The notes beneath the pieces are model-generated. The model was not told where the DNA came from, did no database searches, and saw only the letters and a list, made by a program, of their open reading frames with translations. Shown piece after piece: positions 21,099 through 28,812 of a DNA stretch of 64,000 nt (its first letter is position 1; the number at the start of each line of letters is the position of its first letter). The stretch is from Thalassobaculaceae bacterium. Its GTDB lineage: Bacteria; Pseudomonadota; Alphaproteobacteria; Thalassobaculales; Thalassobaculaceae. Location: contig OZ245843.1 in assembly GCA_965228875.1 (NCBI GenBank), positions 664,616 through 728,615 on the forward strand, given 5' to 3'. Both the position numbers and the translations under genes were made by a program.

Positions 21099-22442
21099 TC
21101 AGCCGTTGTTGCAGCTGCCGAGGCTGCCGGCGAACTGCGGGATGTTCGGGTCGTAGGTGACCTGCTCGCGCGGGACTTCCTGGACGACCTCCAGGATGTC
21201 GAACTGCGAGGACGGGTTCTCCTTACCCTTCACGACCAGCACCTTCTTGAAGCACTGGTGGTCGTCCTTGCGGTACAGGGTCGGGCCGTTGCCCATGCCG
21301 TCGAACTCGAAGCCCTCGAGGGCGGCGGCAATCTGGCAGGGCTCGAACGTGCCGGCGCGCTCGGCGGCGTCGGCGTAGAGCAGGGCCTGGACGTAGCAGG
21401 TGTGCGCGGCCTGGCTCGGCGGGAAACCGTACTCGGCGCCGAACGACTTCACGAAGGCCTGGGAGCCCGCGTCGCTCAGCGACCAGTGCCAGTTGGTCGA
21501 CCCGAAGATGCCCTTCACGTTCTCGCCCGCACCCTGAGCCATCAGGCGGCTGTAGAGCGGAACGACCACCGCGAAGTCCTTGCCGTTGACCTGCTTGTCG
21601 CGCAGACCGAACTGCACGGCCTGGGTCAGCGAGTTGACCATGTCCTTGCCGTAGTGGTTCAGCACCAGCACGTCGGCCCCGGAGTTCAGAACCGGCGTGA
21701 TGTACTGCGAGAAGTCACCGGCGCCCAGCGGCGTGCGGACCTTGTTGACGGTCTGCCAGCCGACGGCCTCGGTCGCGTTGGCGATCGACTCCTCCTGGGT
21801 CCAGCCCCAGGTGTAGTCGGCCGTCAGGTGGTAGGCCTTGCGGTCCTTGCCGTAGTTCGCCTCGAGCACCGGAGCCAGGGCGGCGCCGGACATGTAGGCG
21901 TTGAAGAAGTGGCGGAACCCGTTGGCCCGGCGATCCTTGCCGGTGGTGTCGTTCGAGTGGGTCAGACCGGCCATGAAGATGATGCCGGCTTCCTGACACA
22001 GCGACTGGACCGCAATGGCCACACCCGAGGAGGAGCCGCCGGTCACCATGACCACGCCGTCCTTCTCGATCATGCGCTTGGCCGAGGCGCGGGCGGCGTC
22101 GGACTTGGTCTGGGTGTCGCCCGTGACGTACTCGACCTTCTTGCCGAGGATGCCGTTGCCCTTGAGGGCCTTGGACGAGAAGGTGTTCAGCATGCCGCCG
22201 TCACCCTCGCCGTTGATGTGCTTGACGGCGAGCTGGTAGGCGCGCAGTTCGTCGGCGCCCTCGTCCGCGTACGCACCGGTCTGCGGCACGTTGAAGCCGA
22301 GGGTGACGGTGCCGCCCGTCGGCTCGTTCAGATAGGCGTTGGCGCGCTTGGTGAAGAAGTGCGGAGCGGCGAGGCCGGCGGTCAGCGCGACACCCCCCTT
22401 CATCATTGAGCGCCGCGAGACGCCCTTATCGAAGACGGTCAT
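21099..22442 (-). CDS. HAAT-family ABC substrate-binding protein, Tat-exported; substrate probably a short carboxylate
   Basis: SRRSMMKG twin-arginine signal, VPQTGAYADEG, GGSSSGVAIA, TADYTWGW; substrate inferred from the adjacent ScfR/SLC5-kinase genes. Confidence 0.85.
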   Translation of the reverse strand: MTVFDKGVSRRSMMKGGVALTAGLAAPHFFTKRANAYLNEPTGGTVTLGFNVPQTGAYADEGADELRAYQLAVKHINGEGDGGMLNTFSSKALKGNGILGKKVEYVTGDTQTKSDAARASAKRMIEKDGVVMVTGGSSSGVAIAVQSLCQEAGIIFMAGLTHSNDTTGKDRRANGFRHFFNAYMSGAALAPVLEANYGKDRKAYHLTADYTWGWTQEESIANATEAVGWQTVNKVRTPLGAGDFSQYITPVLNSGADVLVLNHYGKDMVNSLTQAVQFGLRDKQVNGKDFAVVVPLYSRLMAQGAGENVKGIFGSTNWHWSLSDAGSQAFVKSFGAEYGFPPSQAAHTCYVQALLYADAAERAGTFEPCQIAAALEGFEFDGMGNGPTLYRKDDHQCFKKVLVVKGKENPSSQFDILEVVQEVPREQVTYDPNIPQFAGSLGSCNNG

Positions 22443-22568
22443 TGTTTCCTCCCGTACGGTCTTCGTCCCTGCCGCGTCGTTCCATCTGATGATGATTTAG
22501 TGACGGTCCCCGATGACGCGTTTCGCACCACGAACCCGGACTGCGGCTATACGACTGTAGAGGGTAAC

Positions 22569-22657
22569 TGAAAATTTGCAAACTAAGTTGTTGTTTTGAA
22601 TTGACAAATTTGTCAATTTGAGACACAACGCAACTGCAAAAGTGTAAATTTATGACA
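22569..22657. promoter_or_regulatory. Operator array for the XRE/ScfR regulator
   Basis: TTTGCAAA at 22575-22582, perfect 20-bp palindrome AATTGACAAATTTGTCAATT at 22599-22618, TGCAAA/TGTAAA at 22635 and 22643, all in an AT-rich divergent promoter. Confidence 0.7.
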
Positions 22658-22713
22658 GATCCGGCGGTTGGCGAGCCGCTGTCGGCTCCGTCGCGGGGAG
22701 GAGGGGACGCGGT

Positions 22714-24300
22714 ATGGCCCTGGAACTGGCGGGGTTTCGGATCCGGGAGCGGCGCAAGCAGATCGGCCTGACCCAGGCCGGGTTGGCCAAGGCCGTCGGC
22801 ATTTCGCCCTCCTATCTGAACCTGATCGAGGCGAGCAAACGCAACATCGCCGGCGGGCTGCTGAACCGGATCGCCCAGGCGCTGGACCTGGACGCCGAGA
22901 CGCTGGCGGGTACGACGGAACGTCGGGTGATCGACGACCTGCGCGAGATGGCCGCCGATCCCCGCCTGCGCGGAACACGGTTGCCGGAGGAGGGGGCGCA
23001 GGACCTGGTCGCACGCCATCTCGACTGGGCGCAGTCGATCCTGGCGCTGTATCGCGCCTACCTGGATCAGGCGGAAACCGTCTCGGCGCTGTCCGACAGA
23101 CTGAGCCGGGACCCCTTCCTCGGCGATCTGGTTCACCAGGTGCTCACGCACATCACCACCCTGCGCTCGGTGTCGGAGATCCTGGAGAACGTCGACGACA
23201 TGCCGGCGGAGCAGCAGCGCCGCTTCCAGGGCATGATGACCGAGGAGAGCGCCAAGCTCAGCGACGTCGCCCAGACGCTGACCGACTTCTTCGAGGTCAC
23301 GGAGGCCGACACCCGTTCGGTCACGCCGGCCGAGGAGGTCGACGACTTCCTGATCGAGCGCCGGAACCACTTCGCCGAAATCGAGGTCGCTGCCGGGGCC
23401 ATGCGGCGGGAGGTCGAACGCCAGGGCGAGACGATGATGAGCGCGCTGATCGACTATCTCGATCGGACCCACGGCGTCACGGTGGTCAATCGCGGGCGCG
23501 ATTCCGCGGCGCCCGTCGCCGGAGAACGGTTCCGCAACCATTGCCGCTACGAGCGCGACAGCCGGACGCTGGTGTTCCTGGACAACGCCTCGATCTCCAC
23601 CCGGCGCTTTCAGTTGGCGCGACTCGCCGCCGAGCTGACGCTCGGCGATGCGATCCGGGCCGAGATCGACGACCCCCGCCTGTCGACCGAGGCGGCCCGG
23701 GCCCAGGCGTTCCGTGTCCTGGCGTCCTACGCGGCAAGCGCGGCGCTGCTGCCGTACGACAGCTTTCTGGCGGATGCCGTGGACTGCCGGTACGACATCG
23801 AGGTGCTGCGCCAGCGCTACGCGGCGAGCTTCGAACAGGTGGCCCACCGTCTGATCACCCTGCGTCGGCGCGGCGCCGAGGGGATTCCCTTCGCCTTCCT
23901 GCGCTCGAATCCGGCGGGGCATGCGACCAAGCGGTTTCCGCTGCCCGGCCTGCCGCTCCCGCGCTACGGCCATGCCTGTCCGCTCTGGGCGATCTACCAG
24001 TCGTTCCAGACCCCGGACAGGGTGGTCCGTCAGCTCGCGGAGTTTCCGGACCGGGGTCGGTTTCTGTTCATCGCCCGGACCGTCACCAAGCAGCCGGCCA
24101 CGTTCCACGAGCCTCCGGTGCTGCATTCCGTCATGCTGGCCTGCGAGGCGATGCATGCGGACGAGACCGTCTATGCCGACGGTCTGGATCTCAGCGCCCG
24201 CGAGATGGCCGCCCGGGTCGGCCCGAGCTGCCGTCTCTGCCCGCGTCTGGACTGCCTGCACAGGGAGGAAGAACCGATCGTCCGCAGCGAGGTGCCCTGA
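22714..24300 (+). CDS. XRE/ScfR-family (RamB/PrpR/PccR-like) transcriptional regulator with an internal HisKA-like segment
   Basis: N-terminal HTH (LTQAGLAKAVGISPSYLNLIE), ALLPYDSF, SFEQVAHRLITL, CPLW, C-terminal CRLCPRLDCLHR; extra segment VHQVLTHITTLRSVSEIL. Confidence 0.9.
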   Translation: MALELAGFRIRERRKQIGLTQAGLAKAVGISPSYLNLIEASKRNIAGGLLNRIAQALDLDAETLAGTTERRVIDDLREMAADPRLRGTRLPEEGAQDLVARHLDWAQSILALYRAYLDQAETVSALSDRLSRDPFLGDLVHQVLTHITTLRSVSEILENVDDMPAEQQRRFQGMMTEESAKLSDVAQTLTDFFEVTEADTRSVTPAEEVDDFLIERRNHFAEIEVAAGAMRREVERQGETMMSALIDYLDRTHGVTVVNRGRDSAAPVAGERFRNHCRYERDSRTLVFLDNASISTRRFQLARLAAELTLGDAIRAEIDDPRLSTEAARAQAFRVLASYAASAALLPYDSFLADAVDCRYDIEVLRQRYAASFEQVAHRLITLRRRGAEGIPFAFLRSNPAGHATKRFPLPGLPLPRYGHACPLWAIYQSFQTPDRVVRQLAEFPDRGRFLFIARTVTKQPATFHEPPVLHSVMLACEAMHADETVYADGLDLSAREMAARVGPSCRLCPRLDCLHREEEPIVRSEVP

Positions 24301-24448
24301 GTGTCCCGCCAAGGGCCGATGCGGCGGTGGATGAGGGGGCGGATGGGAGGCCGAAGGCTCTGAACCGTTCCCATGCGCCGCGGTTCGGCGCTACACTGGC
24401 GGAAACGACGCCGGAACAACCGGCGATCCCCGGGAGAGGAAACCGATC

Positions 24449-24817
24449 GTGCCGGCACATGTGCTGATCGCCGAGGACGAGCCCAATATCGTCGAATCCC
24501 TCAGTTTCATCCTGAGTCGGGAAGGCTGCGAGGTGACGGCGGTGTTCGATGGCAGGGCCGTGATCGACAAGATCGCGACCATGAGGCCGGATCTGGTGAT
24601 TCTCGACGTGATGCTGCCGAAGATGAACGGGTTCGAGGTCCTGAAATGGATCAAGACCAACCCCGATCTGCGCAGCGTGCCGGTGATGATCCTCACCGCC
24701 AAGGGCCAGGACAAGGACCGCAAGACGGCGGAGGAACTCGGCGCAGACGCCTTCGTGACCAAGCCGTTCTCGAACCGCGAAGTGGTGGAACGGGTCATCA
24801 CGCTGGCCACGGCCTGA
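24449..24817 (+). CDS. Single-domain response regulator
   Basis: IAEDE, ILDVMLP (phospho-Asp), LTAKG, TKPF; no output domain. Confidence 0.92.
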   Translation: MPAHVLIAEDEPNIVESLSFILSREGCEVTAVFDGRAVIDKIATMRPDLVILDVMLPKMNGFEVLKWIKTNPDLRSVPVMILTAKGQDKDRKTAEELGADAFVTKPFSNREVVERVITLATA

Positions 24818-24835
24818 CTCCGCGCGGTGCGGACC

Positions 24836-25096
24836 ATGTCGGCGCGGCCAGCCCCCACCAAGATCCGTGACGCCGTCGCGCTGATGGTTCTGGTCGGCAC
24901 CTGGCTCGTCATGCCGCCGATGCTCAGCGTGGTGAACCAGCCGACATCGCTGTTCGGTATTCCCAGTCTGGTCGTCTACGTGTTCGCGGTCTGGGCGGTG
25001 CTCATCGTGTTCACCCGGATCATGGCGCGCCGCGCCGGTCAGGCACTGGAACGCGAGGAAACGGAAGCGGCGGTCCCGGAGCGGGAGATCGACTGA
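24836..25096 (+). CDS. Small two-TM membrane protein translationally coupled to the kinase
   Basis: Two hydrophobic helices (second contains LFGIPSLVVYVFAVW); TGA overlaps the kinase ATG. Confidence 0.75.
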   Translation: MSARPAPTKIRDAVALMVLVGTWLVMPPMLSVVNQPTSLFGIPSLVVYVFAVWAVLIVFTRIMARRAGQALEREETEAAVPEREID

Positions 25097-27819
25097 TGCT
25101 GTCGGCCGACGTCGTTCTCGCCACCGCGCTCGCCTACGTGGCGCTGCTGTTCCTTGTCGCGTTCGTCAGCGACCGCCGCGCCCGCAGCGGCCGGGTCGGG
25201 CTGGCCCATTCTCCGCTGATCTACACGCTGTCGATCTCGGTCTACTGCACCTCCTGGACCTTCTACGGCGCGGTCGGCTCGGCCGCGCGCAGCGGCCTCG
25301 AGTTCATCACCATCTATCTCGGCCCGACCCTGGTCTTCGTCGGCTGGTGGTTCGTGCTGCGCAAGCTGGTGCGCATCGGCCGGGTTCACCGGATCTCCTC
25401 GGTCGCCGATCTGGTCTCCTCGCGCTATGGCAAGAGCACGACGCTCGCGGTGCTGGTGACCGTGATCGCGGTGATCGCGAGCACGCCGTACATCGCCCTC
25501 CAGCTCAAGGCGGTGACGATCAGCTTCTCGGTCGTCGGCAGCGCCGGCAACGAGGCGGTCCTGGACGTCTACACCGCGTTCTGGGTGGCCGCCGGCATGG
25601 CCGCCTTCACCATCCTGTTCGGCACCCGCAACATCGACGCCAACGAGCGCCACCACGGGGTGGTGGCCGCCATCGCGCTGGAGGCGCTGGTCAAGCTGGT
25701 CGCCCTGCTGGCGGTCGGCGGGTTTGTGGTCTTCGGCGTCGCCGGCGGGCTGGACGAGGTGTTCGCCATGCCGGGCGCGGCGGTCGTGGTCGACCCGGAC
25801 GCCGTGTTCGGCCCGCGCTGGGTGGCGATGACGTTTCTGGCCGGTACCGCCATCCTCTGTCTGCCGCGACAGTTCCAGGTCACGGTCGTGGAGAACGCCG
25901 ACGAGGGGCAGCTGCGAACCGCGTCCTGGCTGTTCCCGCTCTACCTGTTCCTGATGTGCTGCTCGATCATGCCGATCGCCATCGCCGGCCTGACCCTGTT
26001 GCCGCCGGGGTCGAACCCGGACATGTTCGTCCTGACCCTGCCGATGGCCCAGGGGCAGGATGCGCTGGCGCTGCTGGCGTTCATCGGCGGCTTCTCCTCG
26101 GCGACCTCCATGGTGATCGTCGCCTGCATCGCCCTGTCGATCATGGTTTCCAACCACATCGTCATCCCGGTGGTGCTGCGCCTGCCGGTGCTGAGCCGGG
26201 CGATCAGCGGCGACATGAAGCGGCTGCTCCTGTTCAGCCGGCGGATCAGCATCGCGCTGCTGCTGCTGCTCGGTTTCGGCTACTTCGTCGCCAGCGCCCA
26301 GTCCGACGCCCTGGCGGCGATGGGGCTGATCGCCTTCGCCGGGGTGGCGCAGATCCTCCCGGCCATGGTCGGCGGCCTGTACTGGCGATCGGCCTCGAAG
26401 GCGGGGGCCGCGGCCGGCATGTTCGTCGGGTTCGTGCTGTGGATGTACACGCTGGTGCTGCCGAACTTCGAGGGCGTGTGGCTGGTGTCGTCGGTTCTGA
26501 TCGAGCAGGGGCCCTGGGGCATCGGCTGGCTGCGACCGCACGCGCTGTTCGGCATGCCGGGCAGCGATCCGCTGGTCCATTCGGTGTTCTGGAGCATCAG
26601 CTTCAACGTGCTGATGTTCGTCGTCGTCTCGCTGATCCGCGAGCAGAATCCGCTGGAGCGCCTGCAGGGCACCCTGTTCGTCGACGTGTTCCGCAACCCG
26701 GCGGAGAGCGAGGGGCGGTTCATCAGTCGCTCGGCGACGATCGACGACCTCTACATCATGACCCAGCGCATCCTCGGCGCCGAGGAGGCCCAGCGGGTGT
26801 TCGCCGAATTCGCCCAGCGCCAGGGCGGTGTCGGCGACATGCCGCGTCCGGATGCCGCCTTCATCGCCCATCTGGAGCGGCTGCTCGCCGGTGGCATCGG
26901 GGCCGCCTCGGCGCGGGTGATGATCAGTCAGGTGGTGACCGGCGAGACCATCAGCCTGGACGAACTGATCCGGCTGGTGGACGAGACCCAGCAGGTGATC
27001 GAGTACTCCCAGCGCCTGGAGGCCAAGAGCCAGGAGCTGCAGGAGACCGCCAAGGCGCTGCAGGACGCCAACGAGCGGCTGCGCATGCTGGACGCCCAGA
27101 AGGACGACTTCCTCAGTCAGGTCAGCCACGAGGTCCGCACGCCGATGGCCTCGATCCGCTCGTTCTCCGAGATCCTGCTGGACAATCCGGACCTGGAATC
27201 CGACCGCGCGCGCAAGTACCTGAAGATCATTCAGGACGAGACCCTGCGCCTGTCCCGTCTGCTCGACGAGATCCTCGACGTCTCCCATCTCGACAGCGGT
27301 CAGTTCGCGTTGCGGCTGGAGGATGTCGACGGCGCGCGGATCCTCGAGCATGCGGTCGAGACCAGCCGGGGCATGGCCGCCAGCGCCGGCGTGTTGATCG
27401 ACTACGGCCCCTGCGTCGCCGAAGCGCCGATCCGTGCCGACGGCGACAGGCTGGCCCAGGTGTTCATGAACGTCCTTTCCAACGCCATCAAGTACAACAC
27501 CAGCGAGCACCCGCAGGTGACGGTCAGCAGCCGGATCGATGACGGTGTCTATTTCGCCTATGTCGATGACAACGGTCCTGGCATTCCGGCCGAAGACCGG
27601 GAGCGGATCTTCGCCAAGTTCGCGCGCGGCCGCGAGCTGACGCTGCGCCATCGCACCGGCGCGGGGCTCGGTCTGGCGATCAGCCGCAGCATCGCCCGCA
27701 TGCTCGGTGGCGACCTGGAGCTGCTGCCGGAACCTGGGCGCAGCGCCGGACGGGGCGGGGCGCGTTTCCGCGTCAGGTTGCCTCTGCGGGCCGAGACGGC
27801 AGCGGCGGCGGGTGAATAG
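25096..27819 (+). CDS. SLC5 (sodium:solute symporter)-STAC-HisKA-HATPase sensor kinase (CrbS/CbrA/PrlS-like, no receiver)
   Basis: YTLSISVYCTSWTFYGAVG, TPYIALQLKA, LPRQFQVTVVEN; ERLLAGGIGAASARVMI (STAC); SHEVRTP H-box, NAIKY, DNGPGI, GLGL. Confidence 0.92.
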   Translation: MLSADVVLATALAYVALLFLVAFVSDRRARSGRVGLAHSPLIYTLSISVYCTSWTFYGAVGSAARSGLEFITIYLGPTLVFVGWWFVLRKLVRIGRVHRISSVADLVSSRYGKSTTLAVLVTVIAVIASTPYIALQLKAVTISFSVVGSAGNEAVLDVYTAFWVAAGMAAFTILFGTRNIDANERHHGVVAAIALEALVKLVALLAVGGFVVFGVAGGLDEVFAMPGAAVVVDPDAVFGPRWVAMTFLAGTAILCLPRQFQVTVVENADEGQLRTASWLFPLYLFLMCCSIMPIAIAGLTLLPPGSNPDMFVLTLPMAQGQDALALLAFIGGFSSATSMVIVACIALSIMVSNHIVIPVVLRLPVLSRAISGDMKRLLLFSRRISIALLLLLGFGYFVASAQSDALAAMGLIAFAGVAQILPAMVGGLYWRSASKAGAAAGMFVGFVLWMYTLVLPNFEGVWLVSSVLIEQGPWGIGWLRPHALFGMPGSDPLVHSVFWSISFNVLMFVVVSLIREQNPLERLQGTLFVDVFRNPAESEGRFISRSATIDDLYIMTQRILGAEEAQRVFAEFAQRQGGVGDMPRPDAAFIAHLERLLAGGIGAASARVMISQVVTGETISLDELIRLVDETQQVIEYSQRLEAKSQELQETAKALQDANERLRMLDAQKDDFLSQVSHEVRTPMASIRSFSEILLDNPDLESDRARKYLKIIQDETLRLSRLLDEILDVSHLDSGQFALRLEDVDGARILEHAVETSRGMAASAGVLIDYGPCVAEAPIRADGDRLAQVFMNVLSNAIKYNTSEHPQVTVSSRIDDGVYFAYVDDNGPGIPAEDRERIFAKFARGRELTLRHRTGAGLGLAISRSIARMLGGDLELLPEPGRSAGRGGARFRVRLPLRAETAAAAGE

Positions 27820-27874
27820 CCGGAACTCGGTGCTATATCCCTGGCGGTCCGGTCATCTCCGCGGAAGGCGTCGC

Positions 27875-28459
27875 ATGTCCCCCACTGAGAGCATTGACGC
27901 GTCAGCGCTGCGCCTGGATGTCCGCGACGGTCTTCCGGAGACCTTGCGCGTCCTGGTCGCGGCGCTGCCGGCGGAAAGCTGGCCGGCGCATCCCGGATTT
28001 GATGGGCTGACCCGGTTCTGGCTGGAGAAGCATGCCGCGTTCCGCCGGCTGCTTGAGACGATCCGCGCCGATGCCGGTACTGCGGCGGCCGGCGACATGG
28101 CGGCGGAGCGGTACGTTCCCCAACTGCACCGCCAGGCGAGCATGCTGCTCGGCGACCTCCACGGTCATCACACGGTCGAGGACGCGCACTATTTCCCGCA
28201 GCTCCGCCGGTTGGAGCCTTCGGTGGCGCGCGGCTTCGACCTGCTGGAGGCGGATCACCGGGACCTGGACGCCCGCCTGCACGCCTTCGCGGAGGGCGTG
28301 AACGGCGTTCTGGGGGCGGCTCAGGGCGGGTCGCCGCTGCCGGACGTCGTCGAGCCGTTCGCCGCCACGGTGGGCGGCTTCGGACGATTGCTCGACCGGC
28401 ACCTGGTCGACGAGGAGGAGATCGTCATCCCCGCTCTTCTCAGGCTGTCCGGCGGGTGA
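27875..28459 (+). CDS. Hemerythrin-like (HHE) domain protein
   Basis: WLEKH, LHGHHTVEDAHYFP, LEADH, RHLVDEEEIVIP metal-ligand motifs. Confidence 0.85.
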   Translation: MSPTESIDASALRLDVRDGLPETLRVLVAALPAESWPAHPGFDGLTRFWLEKHAAFRRLLETIRADAGTAAAGDMAAERYVPQLHRQASMLLGDLHGHHTVEDAHYFPQLRRLEPSVARGFDLLEADHRDLDARLHAFAEGVNGVLGAAQGGSPLPDVVEPFAATVGGFGRLLDRHLVDEEEIVIPALLRLSGG

Positions 28460-28465
28460 GGGCGC

Positions 28466-28681
28466 TCACTGACCCGTGTCCGGCGCTCCGATCACGCCCG
28501 AGAACTTGAGCGCCATCAGGAACACCACGCCCCATAGTGCGAGATTGACGCCGATCAGAATGCCGAGTTGCAGCAGAAAGCCGCCGACATGGCCGTGACC
28601 GGCCCAGCGCATCGGCTCTTCCGCTGCGGCGGGCGGCGGTTTCCGGGTCGGGCTGCCGGAAGGGGAGGACGTGCGGGCCAT
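28466..28681 (-). CDS. Putative small single-pass membrane protein
   Basis: Hydrophobic stretch FLLQLGILIGVNLALWGVVFLMAL; fills an intergenic gap; start uncertain. Confidence 0.5.
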   Translation of the reverse strand: MARTSSPSGSPTRKPPPAAAEEPMRWAGHGHVGGFLLQLGILIGVNLALWGVVFLMALKFSGVIGAPDTGQ

Positions 28682-28812
28682 GGCGGTGCCTGAAGTGACG
28701 CCGGCGAGGCTATCAGAGCCCGCCGCCGCCGTCGCCACGATTTGTCGGTCGGTGGCGATCCCCAGACGCCGACCGGTTCCGTGTTAGATGGCCCGGATCA
28801 GATGAGCCAGGA

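Noticed and set aside
22599..22618. Palindrome as an FNR/FixK or CrbR site
   Set aside because: It is TTGAC-N6-GTCAA, which fits neither TTGAT-N4-ATCAA nor GAC-N4-GTC; the adjacent XRE protein is the simpler owner.
23590..23650. IrrE/ImmA-type metallopeptidase activity in the XRE protein
   Set aside because: No HExxH motif; the equivalent region reads RRFQLARLAAEL.
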